Below, piece by piece: positions 9,611 through 19,476 of a DNA stretch of 64,000 nt; position 1 is the first letter of the stretch; every line of letters starts with the position of its first letter. A model generated the notes under the pieces. It was given only the letters and a program-made list of their open reading frames with translations. It was not told the origin of the DNA and ran no database searches. This DNA comes from a bacterium (GTDB lineage: Bacteria > Zhuqueibacterota > Zhuqueibacteria > Residuimicrobiales > Krinioviventaceae). Made by a program: the position numbers and the translations under genes. The stretch covers positions 288,001 through 352,000 of the forward strand of contig CAXXFV010000006.1 of NCBI GenBank assembly GCA_963674595.2. Reading direction: 5' to 3'.

Positions 9611-11008
9611 ATGGCAGAATTGACGTTTTTAGGCGCTACAGGTACAGTCACCGGATCACGATTTCTTTTAAATACGGACCGGCACAAATTACTTGTTGAC
9701 TGTGGTATGTTTCAGGGCAGGAAAGAAAATCGTTTACGAAATTGGCAGGAATTTCCCATTAATCCCTCTGAAATTGACAAGGTATTATTGACACATGCAC
9801 ATATTGACCATTCCGGTTATTTACCGCGTCTATATAAAAATGGTTTTGCCGGTCAAGTTCATTGCACACATGCCACCCATGAGTTGTGTCAAATTATGCT
9901 CAAAGACAGCGCTCATATTCAGGAAGAAGATGCTGAATGGGCCAATAAAAAAGGATATTCCAAACATTCACCGGCCCTGCCGTTATATACTTCGAAGGAT
10001 GCATTTAATGTTTTGGAACATTTTAAGCCTGTTTTTTATGGTGAAGAAAACTATCTTGAAAATTCACATATTCGTGTAAAATTTAAGGATGCCGGACATA
10101 TTTTGGGTTCTTCATTTATCGAGTTTAAAAATGAATACGGCCCGGCAACCCGTAAAATTTTATTCAGCGGTGATTTTGGCCGTCCTGCCCAAACCATACT
10201 TAAAGACCCTACACAGGTTTTTAATGTCGATTATTTGATATTAGAGTCAACCTACGGTGACAGATTGCATGAAGAGTCGGACCCTGTTTCTGAATTGAAA
10301 CGTGTTATTAACGCAAGTTTTCAACGGGGAGGCGTGTTGGTTATTCCGTCCTTTGCGGTTGGAAGGACACAAACCCTGCTATATCTCATTCGTCAACTGG
10401 AATTAAGCGGAGAAATTCCGGTAATGGACGTTTTTATTGATTCCCCTATGGCCATTAATGTTGTTGAGGTTTTTGATAAACATTCGGCTGATTTTAATTT
10501 AACAACGCGTGTTAATGTAATACAGGACAGACATATTTTTCAGCCCCAAAAACTAAAAATTTGCCGCTCCCGTCAAAAGTCAATCGCTTTGAACCAGATA
10601 GAAAGCAATGCTATTATTATATCTGCCAGTGGAATGGCGACCGCCGGGAGAATTCTTCATCATTTAAAACAGCGGTTACCGGATTCTAAAAATACTGTTT
10701 TATTTATTGGTTACCAGGCAGAGGGAACAAGGGGTCGTACTATTTTAGAGGGACATCCCACCGTTAAAATTCATGGCATGCAGGTACCTGTTAAAGCAAG
10801 TGTTGAAAATATTTCAGGATTTTCAGGACACGGTGATTATAATGAAATAATGGCCTGGTTAATGGGTTTTAATAAACCTCCTGAACATGTATTTATCGTT
10901 CATGGCGAGCCTGAATCTTCAGAGTTTCTTGCCGATAAAATACGAACCCGGTTCGGGTGGCAAGTAACTGTGCCAAAGTTTATGCAAAAGTTTGATTTGG
11001 ATTTTTAA
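9611..11008 (+). CDS. MBL-fold beta-CASP ribonuclease (Ysh1/YhfI-like)
   Basis: LTHAHIDHSG, AGHILGS, ESTYG, PSFAVGRTQ, FSGHGD and VHGE motifs. Confidence 0.9.
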   Translation: MAELTFLGATGTVTGSRFLLNTDRHKLLVDCGMFQGRKENRLRNWQEFPINPSEIDKVLLTHAHIDHSGYLPRLYKNGFAGQVHCTHATHELCQIMLKDSAHIQEEDAEWANKKGYSKHSPALPLYTSKDAFNVLEHFKPVFYGEENYLENSHIRVKFKDAGHILGSSFIEFKNEYGPATRKILFSGDFGRPAQTILKDPTQVFNVDYLILESTYGDRLHEESDPVSELKRVINASFQRGGVLVIPSFAVGRTQTLLYLIRQLELSGEIPVMDVFIDSPMAINVVEVFDKHSADFNLTTRVNVIQDRHIFQPQKLKICRSRQKSIALNQIESNAIIISASGMATAGRILHHLKQRLPDSKNTVLFIGYQAEGTRGRTILEGHPTVKIHGMQVPVKASVENISGFSGHGDYNEIMAWLMGFNKPPEHVFIVHGEPESSEFLADKIRTRFGWQVTVPKFMQKFDLDF

Positions 11009-11351
11009 GATAGCAAAACAGGATTTTAAAATCGTTTTTTTTACGAAATAATTTAAAATTTTTTATAAAATACTTGCTTCTTTGCAATGAATTTTATAAA
11101 ATCTATTAATCACAATATTAATATGCATGGGTAAAATAAATTATAGTTGTTAAGGGATCGGCACTCTTTTTATGACAACATAAAATGAGTAAAAACATAC
11201 TATATATTTTGAGTCGGCAATAACGGGATAATATTATATTCAAATTTACACAATTTCAATAGTCTCCAGGTGATTAAGGTGGAAATTTACTTGTTTAAAA
11301 GTATAATCTGGTAAAATTATCGTCTTTTAATTTGTTAAAATTAAAGGAGCC

Positions 11352-13025
11352 ATGCTTTTGAGACGTCTATTCTTATTCAATGCCATATATTTTTTAGGGT
11401 TATTTAGTTGTGAGTCAAAAAAAACGGACCAATCTGATTGTATTCTTCAAATTGAAAATATTGAAATCACAAGATATGAATTTGAAAAGAAATTGGACCG
11501 TTTTATTGGTCATTCTCAAAAATCAACACAACAGATTGATAACTGGATAGACAAATTCATTGATAATACTTTATTCCTGGCTGATGCATTTGAAAAAGGA
11601 TATTATAACGATCCGGACATTGAAAAGAGAGTGGACATTGTTGCCGAACAAATGTTGACGGAATATCATGGTTATCTTTATAATGAGCTTGTTCTTAAAA
11701 ATATTAATATCACACAACAGGATTTACAGGATGCCTATGATAAAAGTGCAATACAACAAACTCTTGCCTATATAAAATTTAAAGACAGACAACAATTTAA
11801 CAAGGTAATGAGTTCTGATACCTTAATAAATAATGATAAATTTTATGATATAGCCGATTGTAAAAATAATGTTTCTTTTGAATTTGTTCCTGAAATTGAA
11901 CTTTATTGGCCTAACTCACAATGGTGGGAAATACGTAAAGACATTTTCAAATTAAAAAAAGGGGAGGTTTCCAAACCCATTTACAGGGACGAGAATATTT
12001 ATATCTTTTATGTTAAAGACATTAAAACTATTCCTCAGAAACCTTATGCAAAAGTCGAAAATAATTTGGAAAAGTTTTTGAATAGAATTAATGAAATCAG
12101 ATTGATGAAAAAATTTACCGATGATATTTATCATTCATCGCAATTAACTATTAATGAAAAATTATGTAAAGATATTTATAATTTATTTGAGCAGCAGCCG
12201 GAAAAGCATGTTTTTAATATAATCCTCTTTGAACCGTTTTTAAACAAAAATGTATTGTCTTTCAAGTTGGGTGATGATATTGTAAATACAACGCTCATGT
12301 CGTTTGTTAATTACTATCATAATCGTTTAATAAGAAAGGCCATTGATAGTTATGAAAAATTTGAATTTTATTTAAGGGAATATGTCTTTCACCATGTTGC
12401 TCTTAAAATGGCAAGAGACCTCGGGCTGGATAAAAACAAACTTTATAAATTGGATTACAACAGTCATAAAAATAAAGTCGTTTTGAAAGAGTATTTATTA
12501 AAGGAATTTCAAAATCTAGAAATTTCAGATACTGAATTGAAAACGTACTATAATGATAATCAGGATAAATATCAGGAAGGAACCAGTGCCATTTTTTCAT
12601 TCTTTCTCTTTAATTCCAGAAGAAACGCTCAAAATGGGATGGAAATTATAAGACATAATATAAAACAAGCATTAAATACTACATTACCGGATTCATTATT
12701 TGAAGGTCTTGTTCTTGCTGAATTTAATGATTCTCTGCATTATTCGAAAAATCATAGATATATTGAAAATGATATTATTTTCCGACTTGAAAAGGGAAAG
12801 GTATCACTTCCTGTTCCGGCTAAAAATAACCAATATGCTGTTGTTTTAAAAGTCAATCAAAATGGAAACAGAACACTCGATTTTGCGCAGGTTAAAAATG
12901 AAATTCGTGAGCATTTACTAAATTTTAAAATCGATTCATTAAAAAACATCAGAGTATCAGAATTAAGGGAAAAGTATTGTATTCAAAATAACATTATTCC
13001 GGCACACTATTATAACATAAACTAA
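11352..13025 (+). CDS. Lipoprotein with two tandem PrsA/SurA-like foldase units (degenerate parvulin)
   Basis: Lipobox LFSC; repeated IT..EF..LFLADAFEKG / ITQQDLQDAY..FKLKKGEVSKPI and MARDLGLD / ISDTELKTYY..FRLEKGKVSLPV..FAQVKNEI pattern; aaggag RBS. Confidence 0.7.
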   Translation: MLLRRLFLFNAIYFLGLFSCESKKTDQSDCILQIENIEITRYEFEKKLDRFIGHSQKSTQQIDNWIDKFIDNTLFLADAFEKGYYNDPDIEKRVDIVAEQMLTEYHGYLYNELVLKNINITQQDLQDAYDKSAIQQTLAYIKFKDRQQFNKVMSSDTLINNDKFYDIADCKNNVSFEFVPEIELYWPNSQWWEIRKDIFKLKKGEVSKPIYRDENIYIFYVKDIKTIPQKPYAKVENNLEKFLNRINEIRLMKKFTDDIYHSSQLTINEKLCKDIYNLFEQQPEKHVFNIILFEPFLNKNVLSFKLGDDIVNTTLMSFVNYYHNRLIRKAIDSYEKFEFYLREYVFHHVALKMARDLGLDKNKLYKLDYNSHKNKVVLKEYLLKEFQNLEISDTELKTYYNDNQDKYQEGTSAIFSFFLFNSRRNAQNGMEIIRHNIKQALNTTLPDSLFEGLVLAEFNDSLHYSKNHRYIENDIIFRLEKGKVSLPVPAKNNQYAVVLKVNQNGNRTLDFAQVKNEIREHLLNFKIDSLKNIRVSELREKYCIQNNIIPAHYYNIN

Positions 13026-13030
13026 AAACA

Positions 13031-13496
13031 AAGGTCGGCAACCTTAAAAACCCTATAAGAGGAGATTTCAAAATGAAACGATTCTTATTTCCCATGTTAT
13101 GTGTGTTAGTCCTTCTTTTTGCAGCAAATATTTTTGCCTGGGAGGCTGAAGTTGCTGCTGTTTCATTAAACCAGGGACTTGTAACAGACAACGATACTAT
13201 TTATCCAAACGATGATGTTTCTGTTGATTGTACGGCTGATGGATGGGGAGGTGGAAGCGGAACAGCTTCAGGGAATGCTGTTTATACCGGGATTGCCTCA
13301 TTCTCTGCATCATTTTATGTAACCGGCAATGATGAAGATATTGATTGGGATGGCGGTAGTGATTACAATGTATCTTCCGCCTATTTGTCGGCATCTGCTT
13401 ATGCTTCGGGGTATCGTGCTGAAGCATGGAGTGTTGTATATGTAAGCTGGTATTAATAAAAAATAAAATAATCTGATAATTAAGGTTGCCGGCCTT
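13031..13496 (+). repeat. 17-nt inverted repeat (arms 13031-13047 and 13480-13496) bracketing the 127-aa gene
   Basis: aaggtcggcaaccttaa versus ttaaggttgccggcctt: 16 Watson-Crick pairs plus one U-G wobble on the sense strand. Confidence 0.8.
13073..13456 (+). CDS. Small secreted acidic Ser/Ala/Gly/aromatic-rich beta-type protein of unknown function
   Basis: Strong gaggag RBS; Sec signal MKRFLFPMLCVLVLLFAANIFA; mature part about 105 aa ending VYVSWY. Confidence 0.8.
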   Translation: MKRFLFPMLCVLVLLFAANIFAWEAEVAAVSLNQGLVTDNDTIYPNDDVSVDCTADGWGGGSGTASGNAVYTGIASFSASFYVTGNDEDIDWDGGSDYNVSSAYLSASAYASGYRAEAWSVVYVSWY

Positions 13497-13518
13497 GTCA
13501 TTTAATCTTTATGCATCA

Positions 13519-15162
13519 TTATAAGAGTATGCTGTTGATGTCCCATTCGCCCTTACAGACATCCTCTAATTGTCGGATGATCTGTTCCATTTTTTTCTTA
13601 TCAGAAAATAAGTCCGAATATTCGTTACTCGTTTCTGTACCTGACCCTTGTAATGTCAAATATTCATATATTTCTTCAATTTCATCTACAGCCACCTGTA
13701 GATTAAGATTCACATAATCATACACTTCTTGCTCATACTTTATTAATTTTGGTTCCTTGTTTAATTGCTCACTAATGAATTTTCCAAAAACCATAATAAC
13801 ATCACAAACCTGACAAACTCGAAAACCTTTTTTATATCTATTAAGAGCTAAAAGCTGCGCATAACTTCGCATGGGTTTGCGGTCTTTAGTTTGTATCGTG
13901 ATGACCAAAACATGATATATGAGATTTAAAAACCAGAGCATTGTTTCCTTTTTAATGGTGTTGTAATTACTAAATCGCTCTACATTTTCTTCAGAATAGA
14001 CATAATCCGTAATTTTATCCAATAATGGGTCACGAATTTTTGACATTATATCGGAAATTAATAAATTTGGTCGAATATCAATGTGTTTGAAAGCTTCTTC
14101 ATTGCGTAGATACCAGTTCTCTGGATAACTTTTCATATTTTCAACTAGAATTAATAAACGCCGTTCCAAATTATATCGGGGAGTTGGTCTCCAATCAAGA
14201 GTATTAAAAGTCTTGTTCGCGTTCACAGCTAAATCACGATCGATATAACGTATCATCCAAAGTTTTTCGAATGATGGTTTTTGCAAAATTGTATATAGCA
14301 TTTGTCTTGCTGCAAGGCCTAAAAATGCCAGCCATTTCGGTATATACAATGCTTTGATATCTCGTCCGAAATAATAACGAACCGTTGCATTATAAAGTTG
14401 TTTGTGGGAAGTGCTGATGCATGGACTGGCATTAAATATTGAAAGGTCAGGCAGATATTGTGATTTTTCAATAATTTTGAATATCATTTTTACCAAATCT
14501 TTAATATGCAGATATGGAACAGCACTGTTACCTTTTCCTGCTAAAATTCGAGACATAAATTTTGATGATGTCCAGTTTTTTATAAAGGCATAAACAGGAG
14601 GATACTCACACCAATCACTATAAACGGCTGCCAGCCGAATAATTGAACACGGAAAATGTTTTGAATAAATTTTAATCAGATTTTCTGCCTGTGCTTTACT
14701 GGCGGCATAAGGAAAATTTGCGCTTGTAAAGTTGTTCTCGTCTATAGTTTCACCGGTGCGAGGAAATTTACAACGAACCAGAGAGCTGGAAAATATAAAA
14801 TGTTTTATCTTGAGTTGTTTTGAAAGTTCTAAAACATTCTTTGTACCTTCTACATTTGTATGATAATATTCCGGATTGTCCTTATAGGTGAAATCATAAT
14901 ACCCGGCTAAATGAAGAACATAATCAGCGCCATAATGGTCTTGAATACATCGGACGACCTCTTTTAACTGGTTCCAGTTCGTAATGTCAACCTGGGTCCA
15001 GCGCATATTTTTATATTCCGGTATTTTTGCTTCAACTCTTGAACGGCGGGCAATACAAAATAACCGGTATTTATCACATGCCGCTGCAAGGAAATTGCTG
15101 CCTATAAACCCGGAGGCACCGGTGATGACAATGCCTGGTAAATTCCTGTCCATATTATCCAT
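13519..15162 (-). CDS. NAD-dependent epimerase/dehydratase (extended SDR) with extra C-terminal helical domain
   Basis: ITGASGFIG, HLAG and YAASK motifs; about 180-aa C-terminal helical extension. Confidence 0.8.
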   Translation of the reverse strand: MDNMDRNLPGIVITGASGFIGSNFLAAACDKYRLFCIARRSRVEAKIPEYKNMRWTQVDITNWNQLKEVVRCIQDHYGADYVLHLAGYYDFTYKDNPEYYHTNVEGTKNVLELSKQLKIKHFIFSSSLVRCKFPRTGETIDENNFTSANFPYAASKAQAENLIKIYSKHFPCSIIRLAAVYSDWCEYPPVYAFIKNWTSSKFMSRILAGKGNSAVPYLHIKDLVKMIFKIIEKSQYLPDLSIFNASPCISTSHKQLYNATVRYYFGRDIKALYIPKWLAFLGLAARQMLYTILQKPSFEKLWMIRYIDRDLAVNANKTFNTLDWRPTPRYNLERRLLILVENMKSYPENWYLRNEEAFKHIDIRPNLLISDIMSKIRDPLLDKITDYVYSEENVERFSNYNTIKKETMLWFLNLIYHVLVITIQTKDRKPMRSYAQLLALNRYKKGFRVCQVCDVIMVFGKFISEQLNKEPKLIKYEQEVYDYVNLNLQVAVDEIEEIYEYLTLQGSGTETSNEYSDLFSDKKKMEQIIRQLEDVCKGEWDINSILL

Positions 15163-15568
15163 TTTGATTCAATGCCTTAAAAAATGAGCGGTGAGCAATT
15201 AAAATTCCCAGTGCAAATAATCCATCGACAATGCCGGAAACAAGCACCATCCAAATGCTTTCGATGAAAAAGAAATAGATAAATAAAAACAGTGTGGCTG
15301 TTATTTTAACAGTTATGATAAATTTTATTAAAGTGTTATTGTGTTGTGGATTCAGAGCTGCGAGCGCATAAGCTACAGCTAAAAGAATATGAAAAATACC
15401 TGCCTGAGCTGAAAAAAATGGTTGGTTAATATGTCCAAATCCGAATAATAGCATAAGCTTTGGGATTTGCACAATCAGCCCGATACCAACAAAAAAAGAG
15501 TGAATGGCTGTGAGAAGCAGGATAATAATCAATCTTTTATGAGGACCAGAAAAATATACAAAACTCAT
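15155..15568 (-). CDS. Small 4-TM membrane protein, hypothetical
   Basis: Four hydrophobic segments; its stop codon overlaps the start of the SDR gene. Confidence 0.7.
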   Translation of the reverse strand: MSFVYFSGPHKRLIIILLLTAIHSFFVGIGLIVQIPKLMLLFGFGHINQPFFSAQAGIFHILLAVAYALAALNPQHNNTLIKFIITVKITATLFLFIYFFFIESIWMVLVSGIVDGLFALGILIAHRSFFKALNQNG

Positions 15569-15889
15569 ATCACTCCAGTTGTTAATTGGAATATCTTGAT
15601 ACTCGTAAAAATTGTTATTTTATCTTGATGTTTTCCAAGGATTGTTAAACTAACAGTTGAAACAGCTTTTGGGAATTTTTTATTTCGTTTTATTTACAAA
15701 GGATTATAAATACTAGTCATACAGTGGCCAGAAAATATTGAGAGATGTTATCCTTTTTTATTTTAAAAAATAATTAGATTGTTGTGTATTTAGATTTAAG
15801 CTTGTTTTAAAAATATAATATAATTACCTTTGCCTTAAATATTTCTAACAAATTAATAACTTGACTCATTATTTCAAAACGGAGCAGAT

Positions 15890-17479
15890 ATGAATTTTTC
15901 TCCTGTTGATTACGGTGTATTTTTTGGCTATATCGTGTTTATTGTAGCTTTAGGATTGTGGGTTTCCAGAGAAAAAAAAGGGCATGAAAAAAATTCCGCC
16001 GATTATTTTCTGGCAAGTAAGGCTTTACCCTGGTGGGCAGTTGGCGCTTCCATTATTGCCGCCAATATTTCTGCTGAGCAGGTTATTGGTATGTCAGGTT
16101 CAGGTTATGTTATCGGGCTTGCCATTGCATCCTATGAATGGATGGCTGCGCTGACCCTGGTTATCGTCGCCAAATATTTTTTACCCATTTTCCTGGAAAA
16201 AGGCATCTATACCATGCCGCAATTTTTGGAGATTCGTTTTGATAAAAGAGTTCGTACCAGTCTTGCTGTATTTTGGCTGCTGGTTTATATTTTTGTTAAT
16301 CTGACTTCTGTTATGTATTTAGGCGCTTTGGCCATGAATACGATTATGGGTTTACCCTTAATATATGGTATTATTGGTCTTGCCGTATTTTCTTCTTTAT
16401 ACACTATTTACGGTGGTTTAAAAGCTGTTGCCTGGACAGATGTTGTACAGGTAATTGTATTAATTGGTGGTGGTTTGCTGACCAGTTTCTTAGCTCTCAA
16501 CGCTGTCAGTGGCGGAAATGGTATTTGGACCGGACTCGTTTCCTTGATAGATCAAGCACCAGATAAATTTGATATGATTTTGGATAGATCAAATCCAAAT
16601 TATTCTGAACTACCCGGAATTGGTGTCCTTATCGGCGGTATGTGGATCGCGAATCTTTTTTACTGGGGATGTAATCAATATATCACCCAGCGTGCCCTGG
16701 CATCCAAAAGCATAAGTGAAGCCCAGAAAGGTCTTGCTTTTGCCGGTTACTTGAAATTATTAATGCCGATGATCGTTGTTATTCCCGGAATTGCTGCTTA
16801 TGTTTTAAATGCTGATTTGTCTGTAAATCCCGAGACCGGTCAGGTTATTGCCGACTCTGCTTATCCCTGGTTGTTAAATACGTTTGTGCCTATTGGTCTT
16901 AAAGGTTTGGCTTTTGCCGCGTTAATTGCTGCCATAGTTTCTTCTTTGAGTTCCATGGTAAACAGTACGGCCACTATTTTTTCTATGGACATTTACAAAC
17001 AGCTTATCAATAAAGACGCTTCTGAAAAACAATTGGTTAAAATTGGCCGAATCGGTAGTGCTATTGCTTTGGTTATTGCCATTTTGGTTGCTCCCCAATT
17101 AAAAAGTTTGAGTCAGGCTTTTCAATATATTCAGGAATTTACCGGATTTGTCAGTCCCGGAATCCTTTTAATCTTCCTGGCCGGATTATTCTGGAAACGC
17201 ACAACTGCAAATGCTGCCTTGTGGGCCGCAACATTATCCATTCCGCTATCTGCTGCGTTTCGATTCTTTGTGCCTGAGCTGGCTTTTCTGGACCGTATGG
17301 TAGCAGTATTTGTAATTCTGGCTGTTCTTTTAATTGCCATTTCTCTCTATGAATCCAAACAAAACCATCCGAACGCTATTCAAATTAAAAAAGGAATTTT
17401 TTATACGGACGGTATTTTTAATGCTTTGTCTATAGGAATTATGGCTATCCTGGCTGTTTTGTACATTATGTTTTGGTAA
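15890..17479 (+). CDS. sglT: Sodium/galactose(glucose) symporter, SSS family (vSGLT-like)
   Basis: DYFLASKALPWW, AANISAEQ, SYEWMAA, YWGCNQYITQRALA motifs; directly upstream of galK. Confidence 0.9.
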   Translation: MNFSPVDYGVFFGYIVFIVALGLWVSREKKGHEKNSADYFLASKALPWWAVGASIIAANISAEQVIGMSGSGYVIGLAIASYEWMAALTLVIVAKYFLPIFLEKGIYTMPQFLEIRFDKRVRTSLAVFWLLVYIFVNLTSVMYLGALAMNTIMGLPLIYGIIGLAVFSSLYTIYGGLKAVAWTDVVQVIVLIGGGLLTSFLALNAVSGGNGIWTGLVSLIDQAPDKFDMILDRSNPNYSELPGIGVLIGGMWIANLFYWGCNQYITQRALASKSISEAQKGLAFAGYLKLLMPMIVVIPGIAAYVLNADLSVNPETGQVIADSAYPWLLNTFVPIGLKGLAFAALIAAIVSSLSSMVNSTATIFSMDIYKQLINKDASEKQLVKIGRIGSAIALVIAILVAPQLKSLSQAFQYIQEFTGFVSPGILLIFLAGLFWKRTTANAALWAATLSIPLSAAFRFFVPELAFLDRMVAVFVILAVLLIAISLYESKQNHPNAIQIKKGIFYTDGIFNALSIGIMAILAVLYIMFW

Positions 17480-17495
17480 AAGTAGTGGAGTAGAT

Positions 17496-18647
17496 GTGAC
17501 TGATAAAACTATACTGGAAATATTTCAACAACATTTTAACGGAAATCCACGTTTTTTTCGTGCCCCTGGTCGTGTCAATCTTATTGGAGAACACACCGAC
17601 TATAATGACGGTTTTGTCTTCCCAATGGCCATTGAATTTTATACCGACATCGCCATATCTCCGAGAAGTGATGGTAAATTGAATCTCTGGTCGGAAAATA
17701 TGCAGAGCAGTATCTCTTTAACTGTTGACAGCCTCAAAAAGAATCGCCATTGGAGTGACTATATAAGCGGCATTCTGTTTATGCTGAATGAAAAAGGTTT
17801 TAAGGTTCCTGGTGCGGACCTGGCTGTTAAAAGTCAGGTCCCATTTGGCGCCGGACTCAGTTCTTCGGCTGCACTGGAGGTTGCTTCTGCACTGGCTTTT
17901 TTGAGTTTATCGGATAAAAAAATGTCCGATAAAGACATTGCCAAACTTGCTCAACAGGTAGAGAACCAATTTGTCGGTATGAATTGCGGCATTATGGACC
18001 AGTTTATTTCCGTACACGGCCAAAAAGACCGCGCCATGTTTTTAGACTGCCGGTCATTGGATTTTAATCTTGTTCCTCTTCCGTCTGATTCGGCCAGAAT
18101 TGTTGTTTGTAACACCATGGTAAAACACAGTCTTGGCAGTTCTGAGTATAATGTGCGTCGTGCCGAATGTGAACAGGGGGTAGCGATAATGCAAAAATCC
18201 CTCGGAAATATTAAGGCTCTAAGAGACGTTAATTCAGAGCAACTGAACAGTTATCAAAATGATTTACCATCTGTTGTTTTTAAACGATGTCGTCATGTGG
18301 TAACGGAGGACGAGCGTACGCAGCAATCTATGAATGCTTTATTAAACAACGATTTAAGGTTGTTCGGGGATTTGATGAATACTTCTCACGACAGTCTTCG
18401 TGATGACTATCAGGTAAGTTGTGATGAGCTGGATGTGATGGTAGACCTGGCAAGGTCCTTACCCGGCGTATACGGCGCCCGTATGACCGGAGGTGGCTTT
18501 GGCGGCTGTACGGTTAATCTGGTCAGTTTGGATCATGTTGACTCTTTTGTGGAAAATATTAAGATTTTATATAAACAAAAAACGTCAAAGAATCCCGATG
18601 TTTACATTTCTTCGGCTGCAAAAGGAGCCCACGAATTTTTTCTGTAA
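17496..18647 (+). CDS. galK: Galactokinase
   Basis: APGRVNLIGEHTDYNDG, PFGAGLSSSA, CGIMDQ and GARMTGGGFGG motifs. Confidence 0.95.
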   Translation: MTDKTILEIFQQHFNGNPRFFRAPGRVNLIGEHTDYNDGFVFPMAIEFYTDIAISPRSDGKLNLWSENMQSSISLTVDSLKKNRHWSDYISGILFMLNEKGFKVPGADLAVKSQVPFGAGLSSSAALEVASALAFLSLSDKKMSDKDIAKLAQQVENQFVGMNCGIMDQFISVHGQKDRAMFLDCRSLDFNLVPLPSDSARIVVCNTMVKHSLGSSEYNVRRAECEQGVAIMQKSLGNIKALRDVNSEQLNSYQNDLPSVVFKRCRHVVTEDERTQQSMNALLNNDLRLFGDLMNTSHDSLRDDYQVSCDELDVMVDLARSLPGVYGARMTGGGFGGCTVNLVSLDHVDSFVENIKILYKQKTSKNPDVYISSAAKGAHEFFL

Positions 18648-18712
18648 TCTGTACTTGTGCAATAGTTGATAAATTTAGTTAAATATTTGTTAAACAAGAT
18701 TGAGGAGACATT

Positions 18713-19453
18713 GTGATGCGAAAAAACAGTTTTTTGATTTTATTTGTTTTAACTCTCTTTACTTCTACATTATTGCATGCTGATATTTACATGAAACAGA
18801 AACAAACTTCTCCATCCGTAAACATCGGCGGTGCTTCTCAGGCCGGCGGTACGGAAATTCAGGAAATCTGGATGTCTGAAAAATGTTTTCGCCTTGACGG
18901 GGCGAAACAATCCATGTTATTTTTGATTGATAAAAACAAATCCTATGCTGTTAATCATCAAAATAAAACCTATATGGAAATACCTATGGATTTTGGAAAT
19001 GAGGCTGCTTCCAAGGAACTTGACAAAGAGGGGATGGAACAATATCAGAAAATGATGAAAAACATGACCAATATCAGTGTTTCTGTTACACCCACCAATG
19101 AACACAAAAAAATCGGTTCCTGGAATTGTCAAAAATATATCCAGGTAATGGATACATTCATGGGAAAAATTACATCGGAAATATGGGCAACACAGGACAT
19201 TAATTTTGACTATGATATGTATACGAAATTTTCTGCTACGATGATGGCACAAATGCCGGGAATGAAAGAAAATATGCAGAGTCTTATTTCCGAAATGAAA
19301 AAAATTAAAGGTATTCAAGTTTATACAAAAATGACAATGGATTTAATGGGAACGGCCCAAACAACTGTTACCGAATTGATTGAAGCAAAAAATAAGAGTG
19401 TACCCGCTGAAAAGTTAACTTTACCGAGTGGCTATAAAAAACAAACTTTTTAA
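18713..19453 (+). CDS. Secreted DUF4412-like protein
   Basis: Signal peptide LHA-D; KKIGSWNCQKY..EIWAT motif and LPSGYKK C-terminus. Confidence 0.65.
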   Translation: MMRKNSFLILFVLTLFTSTLLHADIYMKQKQTSPSVNIGGASQAGGTEIQEIWMSEKCFRLDGAKQSMLFLIDKNKSYAVNHQNKTYMEIPMDFGNEAASKELDKEGMEQYQKMMKNMTNISVSVTPTNEHKKIGSWNCQKYIQVMDTFMGKITSEIWATQDINFDYDMYTKFSATMMAQMPGMKENMQSLISEMKKIKGIQVYTKMTMDLMGTAQTTVTELIEAKNKSVPAEKLTLPSGYKKQTF

Positions 19454-19476
19454 CCTTATTAAAAAGTGAGGATGCT

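Noticed and set aside
11158-11175. Sigma54 promoter upstream of the foldase (tcggcac...)
   Set aside because: The -12 GC element is missing at the required spacing.
11009-13518. Mobile element or genomic island boundaries around the AT-rich foldase locus
   Set aside because: No integrase, transposase, tRNA or target-site duplication was seen; only composition hints at foreign origin.
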